DNA from: an uncultured Candidatus Binatia bacterium
GTDB lineage: Bacteria; Desulfobacterota; Binatia; Bin18
DNA: 64,000 nt
NCBI GenBank assembly: GCA_965214605.1
Contig: OZ243961.1
Span: forward strand, 3,040,001-3,104,000
Direction: 5' to 3'
Under the pieces are notes generated by a model, which searched no databases, was not told where the DNA came from, and was given only the letters and a program-made list of their open reading frames with translations. A program made the translations under genes and the position numbers. Of this stretch, positions 41,927-52,943 are shown one piece after another; positions within the stretch are counted from its first letter, which is position 1; each line of letters starts with the position of its first letter.

Positions 41927-42880
41927 TCAAGGCCGCCGGATTTTGGGATCGTCGACGTCGTGTCCGTGTGGTCGGTATCCCGGCGCATCGGGTTCTGTCA
42001 TTAGCTCGTCCCGTGGCATTAGGTCGGCAACTTTGATGCCACCACCGATCTCGCGAGCTAGGAGCTCGTCCAGCACGCGGTCGTCCTCTGGATCGAGGAA
42101 CGACTTGCTAATGAGCCCACCGATGATCTCGTCGTCAACGAGCATGCCTTGATCGAATCGCCGTGGCTGGCCTTCGCCGATGCCACCGTCATTGGCTTCC
42201 TTCTCGATCCATTCACAAATCATACGTTGGTAGTCGAAGTCGAGCTCTCGGAAATCCTTCCCAATGCTCATCATTGCTCAGACCAACGTATGAGATGATA
42301 TAGGCCTGATTGTCCGGATGATCGGGCTTATTCTTGTGAACGGCACGTATAAGCCGCCCGAGGAACTGTATGTAGGGGGAAAGGCTGCGGAAGGGTCGAA
42401 AAATCGCCGCGAGGCCGAGGGGCGGGCGGTCGAAACCCTCTCCGAGCATCTGGACCTGGAGCACGCAATCCAACCGACCTCGTCTGACGGCATCCATGAT
42501 GCCTTCCTGTTTCTCCCGGTCTATGTTGCTATGGATCTCTTGGGCACCGAGTCCGCGCTCTTCGTAGAGCGAACGAACTGGCCACGTGTGATCCAGAGAG
42601 TAAGCCGCATCTCATGGTGGTAGCCGGTTTGATCCCGCATTTCGGTGAGGTACTTGATGCTTGCACCGACAATATGCCGATTGCACTCGGGCGAGAGCGC
42701 GGCACCGCGACAGAACCATGACTCGTCCCGCAGTTCCTCCCAGGCTGTGACGCTGGATGTCGTCCCTATAGGTGAAGTAGATTTCCGACGGCGCGACGTT
42801 CCGCCAGTGGATTTGCCTGATGTATCCGAACTATCGGCTCTGAGTGGCTTGGTGCAGATCACCCTACCGTACCATGATTG
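41927..42880 (-). pseudogene. SF2 helicase (restriction subunit-like) central/C-terminal remnant
   Basis: VQMLGEGFDRPPLGLAAIFRPFRSLSPYIQFLGR; several frameshifts. Confidence 0.6.
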
Positions 42881-43009
42881 ACCGCACGCCGAGCGTCTTT
42901 CGCGACAGGTTCGAGTAAAACAGTGTCCGAGTTATCGTCAGGAGGCTCGGACGTTCACGTCCTGTGGCGCGACTCGTGAGCAGGGTTGCGGTGAGAGCGC
43001 CGAACACCC

Positions 43010-43689
43010 TCCTGACGGTCCACAGCACCTTGCCGACGAGGTGCGCGTCCTCGGCGAGGCAAGTGTAGTCGGCCTAGTCGGGGTTGGTTGACTGGCCGCA
43101 ACGTGGGCCGCGTCGCCAGCGTCGTTCACATGCTCGATGCGTTTGACCACCAGCCCGTTGCTGTCCCAGAGCACGAACATCTCGCCGGTGGCGGGTACGC
43201 GCCAGGCGGTATTGACTAGCAGCCGGTTACCCTCGGCGAGCTCGGGCCCCGTGGATTCGCCCCGCACTCGCAGCACACGGGGGGGCGTCGGGGCTTGCGC
43301 TGCCCGCGTAGCGGATCATCCCTGCGGGGAGGAACCAGCGCGCTCGCTCGGTGACGAACTCCTCGGCGAGCGCGCCCGGTCCGGCGGACGCCTCGACCTC
43401 CATCTCGGGGATACCGACGCCTCGCCCGGCTGGGTGCTGCACCGTTTCGTCAGGGTCCGCTTGCGACGGGGCGGGCGCTCGATATGGTGTAACTCGGCGG
43501 GCTCGCGGGGCCGAGTAGGCCGGTGCTCTTCTCCGCGTCCTGGCGGCTCAGCACCTTGGGCATGTCACGTTCGAGGAACTGGTGCATGGAGCTCGCGTTG
43601 CGGCCGGTGGCGAGCGCCGCCTCGCGCATGTTGCGGCCACGGCGTCGGAGCAGGGCGCGGATTTTTTCTCGTACCAGGTCGCGTTCCAT
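43010..43689 (-). pseudogene. Phage CI/LexA-like repressor (HTH + S24 peptidase), frameshifted
   Basis: MERDLVREKIRALL...GRNASSMHQFL; EVEASAGPGA; LRVRGEST...FVLWDSNGLVVKRIE. Confidence 0.7.
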
Positions 43690-43921
43690 CGAGTTGCCTC
43701 GTGTGTGTCAGGGCGCAGTCAGTCGAAAACACGCAAAGCAATCTTGAAGCCGGCAATCTTCTGGCGTCCTTATGCGCGACGTCCGGGGTAGCCGTGAGAC
43801 GGTTTATGAAGTGCCGGATCGGGCTCCTCCTGACCGACAGGGATCGGAACCGCGGCCCCGGTTCGAAAGGCCGCACCAGGGACGCGTCTTGAGGTCTGCC
43901 CGCGTTGCGGAGCACTTCCCT

Positions 43922-44430
43922 TTATCCCGCAACGGCCCAGCGCATATCCACCAAGCCATGTTGATCCATGACCTTTGGATGGGCATCAATAGCCTTTAAA
44001 GTCTGCCTAAGCTTCAACGATAACTGTGCTGGGTCTACCGCCTTCGGGCGTAGCCTTGAAGCTTTGGCTGGCTGCTCCAAGTGCACTACTACCTTCCAGG
44101 TCCTAGACCGTAACGCTCTCTTTGCTATTGCTCTCTCGTGCTTATCATTGACGTTCGCACTCGCGGCAACTAATCCCGCCAAGGTATCTCTGACCTTTGC
44201 CGCCACCTCCTCGCTCAGCTCAAGCAGCTTGGTTCTCGGGTGTGTCCGATAGTCTTTTACTTCAATCATCCAACCGATACGCTTATCAAGACATAGAAAA
44301 TCTACCGCACGCGCTCCTCCGCGGGTCCTTTGAAACTGATTTTGATAGAAGGACCACTCGTCATGCCTAATTGCCTCACAACCTGCTTCGAACGTGCTGA
44401 GGTTAATGTTTGCTCCACCAGAACGGTCAT
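43922..44430 (-). pseudogene. PD-(D/E)xK-like nuclease partner of the ATPase; apparent 5' frameshift
   Basis: AVDFLCL...WMIEVKDYR; the coupled ATG at 44430 is out of frame with the body. Confidence 0.55.
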
Positions 44431-45485
44431 GACTCCGTATCCTCAGCAACAAAACGATCCGACTGCAGCAGTTCCTCGTCCAGCATCGCCAATGGGTCTA
44501 CTTCGTCGACGCGATCGCCTTGATGGACCAAAACACCATCGGCCCCTTTCCCCAGAGCAAAATACCTTTGAGGGAGGTGCTTGAATTGGTTGCGAGACAA
44601 GAGAATCTCGAACTCTCGCAATAGAAATAGACTGTGTGTAGCTAGGAAAACTTGAATACCTTGGTCGCACCCGTGAAGAATCGCTTCGGCTACTTTGCGT
44701 ATCAGTTTTGGATTGAGGCTACTCTCCGGCTCATCCCAGAAAAGGTATCCCTATCCCAGCAGCGACCCGGTAGCAATGAGACGCGCCAACATTGCGAGCT
44801 TACGCAGCCCTTCTGCCACCAGGGGCATCCCCATGTTCCCCGTGCCAGACAACTTCAGGTAGAACCGCCCGTTCTGGTCAAGGACAATCTTGCCCCCCAT
44901 GGTCTCTTCCAGCGGCTGCAAGAGACGGGCGGCTGTTTTTTCGCGTGCCCCCTTTAACGCGGGCAAACCGAGCAGCCGGCAAGTGTCACGCCAGGTCTCC
45001 TCGAATTCCAAGTAGTGGTTATCGTAGACAGAAACAAATCCAGGAAAGATCGTCAGTAATTCCTGGGTAGGCAAGAAAACCGGGGCTTTGTCGATCCACT
45101 CCGAAGGACACACTTCAATAGCAACTTCAGACTTGCTTTGTGCAGCGAAGCTAAAACTTACTGTTCGCGCAGACCTGCCAGATTCCAGTCGTACCTCGCT
45201 GCGATTGCGACCGGGTTTTCGCCGAATCAGACGGCCTAATGACTCGGGTCGAAACACGTTAACCAGTTTCTGGGCGACACGTGGTTGGAGGAGTCCCTTT
45301 GTCGGCTCGCCTGCATTCGGTTTTCTTCCCTCCTCAGCGCTGACTGATACCACTGCATAGGGGAGCTTGAGCAAATGTGTCTTCCCGAGACCGTTCTCAC
45401 CTACGAAAACATTCAGTCCTTTTGCAAACTGCAGTCGGGCCTTACCAAACGCCGTGAAGTTTTCTAGTTCTAATGATTTCAGCAA
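44427..45485 (-). pseudogene. AAA_15/AAA_21 ABC ATPase with an in-frame stop
   Basis: [20 protein letters not shown] at 44751 then LFWDEPE...LATHS. Confidence 0.8.
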
Positions 45486-45506
45486 TTCCTGCCTCCTCTA
45501 CAAGTC

Positions 45507-45615
45507 GAGCCCTAGTGTGGTTTGCGCTCCGACATGCTTCACGTATGCTATTTTTTGGTCACGGTTAACATATGTAGGAGAGCCCCAGTGTGGTTTGCGC
45601 TCCAACATGCCTCAC
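45507..45615. repeat. Two 36-bp direct repeats (3 mismatches) with a 37-bp spacer
   Basis: GAGCCCTAGTGTGGTTTGCGCTCCGACATGCTTCAC at 45507 and GAGCCCCAGTGTGGTTTGCGCTCCAACATGCCTCAC at 45580. Confidence 0.88.
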
Positions 45616-46497
45616 CCTGTGGCTCCTCGCTTCAATGGCCTACCACTGATCCCTACTAGCGAAATTGAACGACTAGACACGGATTACTTCCATGTCGATG
45701 TGGAAGGCGCAGACGTACGTCAGGACTGGTAGCCCTCGATTTGGGGGCCTTCTCCAGAATTTACTACCCGGACCCCTCCCAACGCTCTTCGCGGCGACGA
45801 CAACCTTCAAGGTGCTAGTCATCGCCGAAAAGCCAGAAATACGCCTCGCCTCTCTCCATTCAGAGTTTGTAGGAGAATATGGCGGCCAGCACCGCGGCTG
45901 TTGTCAGGCTGCAGGGCTGGCCGGATTGCGACAGTATTCCTTTCCTCACTACTGAAGACTTCGTCATATATCCGCGGGAATTCATAGACAGCTCAGCGTT
46001 GGCACGCTGCGGCTGAGGCGACCGTACGCTGACCCGTTCCAGCGATGGGGAAGGGGGCGCAGGTGATATCATCCGATGCGCTTGCGGCTGGAGCAAGACG
46101 CCCCCACTGCCCTTCCCATCGCCGGCCGTCAACTAAGCGCGTGCGTTGCCGTACGGAGGAACACGTTCCGGTAAGCAGCGGGCGGTAGTAGAGGTCCCTT
46201 GGCGGAGCAACTTGGTCACCGAGTTGCGTGCAACGTCGAAGTCCTTCTTGAACGCCTCGTGCTTGGCTATCGCGAAGGACTTCTTCCTATGTTTCCTTGA
46301 GCGTTCGTGAACGCTCCCCGAGCGCGCCTCGTACCGTCCTTAAGACAACAGGCGCTAGTTCCCGATAGCGCTGGGCAGCTTCAAAGCTTAGGAAGTCGGG
46401 GAGGCGACATGTGACACTGGATCGTGAGCTTAACAAAGCGACCGCAACGCTGATCGGGTTGTAATTTTCACCGTCTCCTGGAGCTCCTTTTCCGACC

Positions 46498-47235
46498 TTA
46501 CGGCCTCGTCGACGGTCCACCTAGCAAGTTCGATAGATTGTCCTCCAATATTTGCTCGATTGAGGCGGTATCAGATCCCCAAACTCCCGCCAACGCGTCC
46601 ACTGCTATGACTACCTCCCAGGGGAAGACCGCTCTTCCCCCGATTTGGACGAATGGTCCGTCCGATTCGGTTAAGACCCGCGCCCGTGGCATCCGTCTCG
46701 CCAATTCCATCCCGCACTTGCTTCTTAACATCACCGACCCCAAGCTAAACCAACATCCGAGAGCAATAGCCCGATCCAGTTCACATATGATTCCAGAGAA
46801 CCAGTGAAGAATCGGGGTGCCCGAGTCTGGGTACCGTTCCAATAGATCGAGTACAGGCGTGTTTGAGTGTCGACTATGAATCGACATGATCCTGCCGCCA
46901 GCGCGCTCGCACGCAGCGAGCACCTTTCGAAGAACATCGACTTGATCTTGTCGGTGGGGCTTAAACTCTGGCGCTCCATCTAAACCGCTCTCGTCTACGT
47001 AGTTGCAGCCTGGCACCAAGCGATCGAATAACGACAATTCAGACTTTCGCTCATGCGCGAGCTGAGGGTGAAGACCAAGTGCGGTCATTATCGCTCCGCC
47101 ACCTAGAGCCGCGGTTCCTGCCCACGCGCTCGGCGTCGTAGTGACTGACAGTACGTTGAGCTTGCGCTTACGACATTCCCGCGCAATCTCATGTGAAGCT
47201 GGGAACAGGTCGACGTGGCAGTGAAAATCAATCAT
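46498..47235 (-). CDS. qatD: Qat system TatD-family nuclease, possibly inactivated
   Basis: MIDFHCHVDL, LSVTTTPSAW, ALGLHPQLA, SIHSR, LHWFSG, LTESDGPF; GEIGLD motif altered to DESGLD. Confidence 0.8.
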   Translation of the reverse strand: MIDFHCHVDLFPASHEIARECRKRKLNVLSVTTTPSAWAGTAALGGGAIMTALGLHPQLAHERKSELSLFDRLVPGCNYVDESGLDGAPEFKPHRQDQVDVLRKVLAACERAGGRIMSIHSRHSNTPVLDLLERYPDSGTPILHWFSGIICELDRAIALGCWFSLGSVMLRSKCGMELARRMPRARVLTESDGPFVQIGGRAVFPWEVVIAVDALAGVWGSDTASIEQILEDNLSNLLGGPSTRP

Positions 47236-47420
47236 TTCACGCCCGCCTCCGAGAGAAAGTCGCCCACCTCCTTGATGCCGCGTGTCAGAACATTCCTATA
47301 AGACGCCAGGTCGCCCATGCGCAGAGCGTTGAGATTGGTACTCGGCAGAGCATCAATGCCGTCCGTCTCTACGACTGCCTCCGCCATCACCCGATTTTGG
47401 ATGCAAAGTATGACTGTAAG
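47232..47420 (-). pseudogene. qatC: 3' remnant of qatC (QueC-like)
   Basis: ...LASYRNVLTRGIKEVGDFLSEAGVK* with ATGA overlap into qatD; rest of the gene deleted. Confidence 0.5.
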
Positions 47421-47459
47421 TGCTTGTCTCTGGCCGAGACTTGGCTGACCACATAAAAG

Positions 47460-48137
47460 AGTGCTTGCGACATTGGGCGCTTTCTCCTGGATCGTCTTTC
47501 CAAGCTCAAACCGGTTGAAGACATCCCATGCTATATAGCGCTCGACAGCGAGTATCCGTTGCTCCTCTGACAGGTTGAGCAGGTCGGCATCTGGGAACTG
47601 TGTGAGCAGCCCGGAGAGTGCTTTGGCGATAGCGGTGCGACTAGCCTCACCGTCCTAGGTACTGTCCACGGGCCGCGCCTCGACAACAGCGCCCATGATC
47701 TCGTCGGTGCTGCGTCCTACGAGAACGGTCGGATCCGGCTCATTGCCCGAACCTGACGCTTGCCCAGCAGCTGCCGACGACAGCGCACCAAACAGCGTGC
47801 CGGCGGTGCGGGGTACCGCCAAGGCGTTGCAAGGCCGTGCCACCGCCCAGGCTCTTGCGGACATAATGTGCCACGCCTTTTCGCATGTCACCGGCCGAAC
47901 CGGTGCGGGCAAAGCTGCCAAGCCTCCTGCGCGCACCGCCAAATCGCGCGGGCGGCGCTATTATGGGCACAGACCGTGCCGGGGGTGGCGTTGCCTGATC
48001 GGGTGCATCGCCGTCTGGCGGAGCTGCGTCATCATCGCTGGGGCCGTCACCAGCGGGGGTACGGGGTCCGGCACCCACGACGGTACCATGGGCGTACTGG
48101 AGGGTGAACCAGAACTCGATGATGACGTGTCCATCAT
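47460..48137 (-). pseudogene. qatB: QatB, frameshifted and truncated
   Basis: MDTSSSSSGSPSSTPMVPSW start; ARFGGARR; GRSTDEIMGAVVEA. Confidence 0.65.
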
Positions 48138-49984
48138 CCCTTATTCACCGCTGCGATCGCCTTTCTAACAGGAGCGCTCACGTCAGCGTCCTGCCAGCGT
48201 GCAAACACCTCAGCAGCCCATGGTTGGTCGCTAAGCTTGGGCACTATACCGGGCTTGATCTGGCCGGGCGGGCGGTCGCTTAAGAAGCCTACGACGCGCG
48301 TCCCGAGCGACGGATCGGCCTTCGCCACGGCGATACAGGCGTCAAGAATCGGCGGCGTACCCCATTCCTGCTCGCGCCGTGCTTGTTCGACTAGACGATC
48401 CATAAGCACGGTTGTTTCTAGCCGTGGCAATGTCGCAAGACGATCATGCAGACTCGCGGCCATATCAGGACTCGTAAGGAGGGCGGTGAGCAGTTCCGCC
48501 CCTTCTGATGACAACCGGTCTTCGGGTGTGATCAAAGGCGCATACTTGCGGTTGACATAAAGGACGCCGCGCAGGTCCGTATCGGCAAGCCGCGGCGCGA
48601 TCGTAAGCCATTCGCGCATGAAAGGATCGTCCCAGAGTTGACCCAACTCAAGCTTGTTGCCAGCAGCAGCTTTCTGCTCCCATTCACCCGAGAAGATCGG
48701 CTTGCCGTCAGGAGCATCATTTACCTTCGCCGTTAAGGCGCATAAGCCTTCGGGTTTCCACAGCGCTCAAACTAGCAACATCTTGGCCACGACCGCTTCA
48801 TCGACGCTGACATCATGAGCGCGCGAGATCGCCATCCTGGTTGAAAGGGCATTAAGGAAGCGTTTGACGAGGCGCGGATTGCCAGCGATCTGGCTGCACT
48901 GACCATGAGTGGCGCTAGGCGGTCGGCCGTGTCAAAGCGCGCCGCGAGCTCGGGCGACGCACCCTCGCAAACGATCTGCATGAAGGCCCGGTCCACTCGT
49001 TCACTGCGCCAGCTCTTGGCAAGCTGGGCACAGACATTCTCACGTATGCTCTCCCTTTGGGCGTCGTCAATCTTGGCCGCTTCGATAAAGAGCAGCATCA
49101 TGTAGGCGCGTACTTCCTGGGTGCGGCGGGACACGGATCGGTATCTGTATGAGTTTGTCGAAAGAATTGAGGACAAGATCATCCTCAACATTTCCGAAAT
49201 GTTGCCGGACGGCGTGCTTGATCATCGCGTCGTCGGCGGCGATAACAAAGGCTGTACGGTCCAGGAATACAAACAGCCGTATCGATTCCAACGTTGAAAT
49301 GGTGGTGGGAGGCAGACAGCGATCCAGGTCGTCGATGAGGACGACTAGTGTCACGCTCATCTTTTTGAGCGCTTGCTCAAAACATGCGCGGATGGCGTGA
49401 ATCTCGCACGGCGGCGAGAGCTCCGGTTTGGCCTTGATCAGATCGCCGGCTGTCGTGGACGTATCAGCAGCCAGCTCCTCGGTGCCTTCGGCATCGCCTT
49501 CAGTCAGTTCACCGGAGACCACCTTCTTGCCAAAGGCGACGGCTTCACCGATCAGGCCAGTCGGCGGCAATCCCAAAGCAAGCGCAAGAGCGGACCCAGC
49601 CCCCAGCTTGGCGGTACGAAGCTAGTTCACACGCTGTAGGAGTTCTTTGGCCTTGTTAGTGTCAGTCTTTCGCTTTTCAGCCTCTTCGTTGAGCTTCGTC
49701 GCGATAACTTCGAATAGCGCAGCGCGAGCGTCATCGCAGCCCTGATACAGCCAGGCATTGAACTCTACATACTACATAAATGAACTGCTCGGGATCCTTC
49801 TGGGTCCTTCTCGAAAAGCGCTGCACGCACAAGCTCGGATCATCGAAGACTTGCCGGCACCCCAGGAGCCTGATATCCCGATCGAGGTTGGCTGGCCAGC
49901 CGCCTGCGTCATGATCTCAGCGACCGTGTCGGCAACACCCGAGAAATTCAGGAAGTCCCTTTCTGTTTCGTTGTCAGGCCACAT
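48134..49984 (-). pseudogene. qatA: QatA KAP-family P-loop ATPase, multiple frameshifts
   Basis: MWPDNETERDFLNF, GISGSWGAGKSS, VLIDDLDRCLP, DKLIQIPIRVP, NPRLVKRFLN. Confidence 0.8.
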
Positions 49985-50005
49985 TTGTTATGACTCGTAG
50001 CATAA

Positions 50006-50545
50006 TCACTTGAGCAACGCCTTCAGCAGTGCATCCGGGGTATCCGAAGTAGAACTGAATGTTGCTCCGCGTAGCCATGTCGTCGGAGGGCTCAAACAGC
50101 TGCTTCCGAGTGGAAACGAGCATCAATACAGTGTCTGCTCCTTATTTCGACAGCCACTTCGCGATGCCGACGGCATTGACGGGGGGCTCGACAGAGCCAC
50201 CAAGCTTCAACGCATCGACGACGATCGGGCCGCCTTTAGTCATCTTCTCAAGCAACCCTCCGCACGGAGCCATCAGTGCTGGCAAGTCAAGAGCTGTGCC
50301 GCTTTGATTGTTGTCCAGCGTCCTGAGCTGCACCGAAAACTCATGGGCGTGTGGAGCGCGGTCGCCGACAAGCTCCTTGATCCGCGTGTAGAGATTCTGC
50401 TCGGCATACCGGACGTTTTCCCGGAACGTCGGCAGCACAGGGGCATTCAGAATCTTCACACCGCTGCCCCTGCCGATGGTCACCTCGAGACGGTAGAGAC
50501 TCGGGCCGGTTTCGGACCTGCCTGGGCTGATGCCCCATACCTGGC
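50006..50545 (-). pseudogene. brxL: BREX BrxL Lon-like C-terminal remnant
   Basis: GSGVKILN...RYAEQNLY...ELVGDRAPHAHEFSVQLR...LGGSVEP...DALLKALLK*. Confidence 0.6.
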
Positions 50546-50559
50546 CAGGTGGTGCCCCC

Positions 50560-50950
50560 CTTCCTCGCCGACGACCATGCTGTACTGGTTTTTTAGGTGC
50601 TCATTGGCAACGACATCCCCGAAAAATACGTCCTCGTTCACGAAGAACTTGTCATACACCGCGGATTCGCGGCCTGAGGCCGGTCCAGGTTCCGGCCTTG
50701 AACACGGCCCTCTGATCGCCGAAACGCACTACCGCCTTTTGTTTGGGACCGCCCGCAAGGGTCCTGCGGCCGATCAGAATATTGAGATTGTTCGTGGTCA
50801 GCGACCGCAGCAGGTCAGCAAGCGTCGATTTACCCCGGCCGTTTTCTCCAAATACCAGCGTACACCGACCGAATGTCGCGGCAGCAACCGACTGGCCCTT
50901 TTCAAAGCATCCGATGTTTTGGACGTATTTGACCTCCCGCAGCTCGTGCA
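50560..50950 (-). pseudogene. AAA_13/RloC-like ATPase N-terminal remnant
   Basis: NIGCF...TLVFGENGRGKSTLADLLRSL...FVNEDVFSG. Confidence 0.6.
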
Positions 50951-51041
50951 CCGCTGCTGACACAGCCTCAGCACCCGGCGTCGCTTCCGCCCCGGCGCCT
51001 ATTACCACTACGTCACTCATCGCTCTTCACCTTCAGTTCGC

Positions 51042-51557
51042 CTATTTCCCGCTCAGCTTCTTTCGCAGCCACCCGATCCGTTTCTGCAATTCAACCAAAG
51101 GCAACCAAACTAGCGGGTCGGCCTCCCATTCCTCCAGAATTTCCAGCAAACGCGCTGGCGTTACCAATCCGTGGTGTTCCATCTCGTCCACCAGCCACAG
51201 GTGGCCGTGCACCTCGACATTTTCCTCCGCCGCGGCCCGCCGCAACGCGTGATCGCTGGTGAGGAGCGTGTTGTCTCCCGTCTTCGCAAGCGCCAACGCA
51301 AAACAATCGTTGTTGCTCAGCCTCAGATAGCGCTTCGCGTACTCGAACGTGACGACTAGTCCGGCGCTATCCATCCCACCCACTTGCAGGCCGGCCTTCC
51401 GCAGGTGTTTGTGTGTATAGGTCCCCAGATCCAGTAACTCATCAGCGAACATTACATCCGGCACCACAAATTCATACGGCAGCGCGAAAGCATTCTCTAT
51501 GAGCCGCGCCTTCACAAGGTCGATAAGAACGGAGCTGTCACTAACGATTACCAACAC
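51042..51557 (-). CDS. PIN-domain protein
   Basis: IVSDSSVLIDL, LSNNDCFALALA, LLTSDHALRRAA, VHGHLW. Confidence 0.8.
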   Translation of the reverse strand: MLVIVSDSSVLIDLVKARLIENAFALPYEFVVPDVMFADELLDLGTYTHKHLRKAGLQVGGMDSAGLVVTFEYAKRYLRLSNNDCFALALAKTGDNTLLTSDHALRRAAAEENVEVHGHLWLVDEMEHHGLVTPARLLEILEEWEADPLVWLPLVELQKRIGWLRKKLSGK

Positions 51558-52620
51558 TCGCCGCCGGTCCCCTCACCTCATGCTGGATTTCCCCTCTAGC
51601 CTTTCCTAGAAGCTCGGTGGCCTTCGCCAGAGATATCCGGGTCTCGCTCAGCGCTCGGAAACACAGCCTCTCGAAACGCCTTGCTCTCTCGGCCGTGCTG
51701 TCCTTGATCGGCAGCGGCTCTTCCTTGCGCCATCCGCGCCCGGTCGTTCGGAACACGTGGATCAGCGTCGAATGACTGATTATCCCGGTCTGTTCCAGCC
51801 GCACGAGGAGGGCGGCCGCGCTCACGCGGTACAGGTGCTTCAACTCCATCAACTCTCGGTAACCGAACGAGTGCCGCCGCCGCCCGACTTCTTCCTGAAG
51901 GGGGACGGCCGGCATCAAGAATGCGCCTGCAACGCGCATCGCCGCTTTTTCCTCGTCGACCGGAGACTCCAGATCTATGACCCGGTGCGCCAGCTCGTGC
52001 GTCAGCGTCATGCGTCGCCGCTCAATGTTGTGGCCGGCATTCACGACTATCACCGGGACCGGCGGTCTGTTCCCTGACCGTCCGACTAGGCAGGTCAAGC
52101 CGGAAACGTTCTCCGGCAGATCAATCACAATGACCTTGACGCCGTGCTCCTCCAGCAGCTCGGTCATGTCCGGTATCGGACCAACGCCAAGATTCCACTT
52201 CGCGCGCATCCGTATTGCTAAGTCCTCGCCCTCCTCAGCGCTTGCTAGCTTCACAGGTTTGAATGGCGCGTCCCACTCTGCGCTGTCCAGATCCAAAATC
52301 TCCTCGACGGTCAGATACCGCTCGACGTGATCAAGAACGGCTGCCTCGACCCGTACGCGGTCGCGGGCCGAAGTCGCGGCTTTCTTGCGAAAGTCCACCT
52401 CCATCAGCTCGGCTCCCATCGAACTCATGAAATAGCGAACCGGCTCTCCTAGCGTCTTCGACAGAGCGATTAGCACCCCAGAACTCGGCATCATCTCCCC
52501 GCGCTCGTATTTACCGAGTGCCTGGGCCGATACCCGCTCATTGCCTTCCAACCGAGCTGAGAGGGCCCGCAGGGACAGCCCCGCTTTCTTCCTCGCCAGT
52601 TTAAGTCTTTCTCCGAGCAC
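51541..52620 (-). CDS. XRE-HTH + ImmA/IrrE (M78) metallopeptidase
   Basis: GERLKLARKKAGLSLRAL HTH; RRMTLTHELAH HExxH; overlaps the PIN gene. Confidence 0.88.
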   Translation of the reverse strand: MLGERLKLARKKAGLSLRALSARLEGNERVSAQALGKYERGEMMPSSGVLIALSKTLGEPVRYFMSSMGAELMEVDFRKKAATSARDRVRVEAAVLDHVERYLTVEEILDLDSAEWDAPFKPVKLASAEEGEDLAIRMRAKWNLGVGPIPDMTELLEEHGVKVIVIDLPENVSGLTCLVGRSGNRPPVPVIVVNAGHNIERRRMTLTHELAHRVIDLESPVDEEKAAMRVAGAFLMPAVPLQEEVGRRRHSFGYRELMELKHLYRVSAAALLVRLEQTGIISHSTLIHVFRTTGRGWRKEEPLPIKDSTAERARRFERLCFRALSETRISLAKATELLGKARGEIQHEVRGPAASVGNR

Positions 52621-52634
52621 GCTTGACCTCTAAA

Positions 52635-52670
52635 GTTTACAATACCCCATTCTATAGTTAATTTGTAAAC
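52635..52670. promoter_or_regulatory. Putative autoregulatory operator upstream of the XRE-ImmA gene
   Basis: Inverted repeat GTTTACAA-N20-TTGTAAAC in an AT-rich stretch 15 bp from the start codon. Confidence 0.5.
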
Positions 52671-52943
52671 CTTTCCTCAATGAAGGTAGGTAAAAACGTC
52701 CTCGCATGATCGATACAAACCCAGAGAGAAGGCCCCGTGTTCAGGGCAGTACGAGATCACCAGACCTCGCGGTAGTGGAACAGGCATTGAGCGCACCGTG
52801 ACCAAGCCCCTACCTCCGATGCCGAGACGCGGTCCGCAGTACAAGCTCGTAGATCCGACGAAGCACGGCGTCGCGCCGCAAGTAGGAGCGAGCCCGAGGA
52901 GCGATATTTCGTTCGAGTTTAACGGCCGCAAGGTCCGTCCCGC

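Noticed and set aside
7630-45485. Stop-codon recoding to explain in-frame stops in island genes
   Set aside because: All three stop types occur, frameshifts co-occur, and core genes terminate normally with TAG/TGA/TAA
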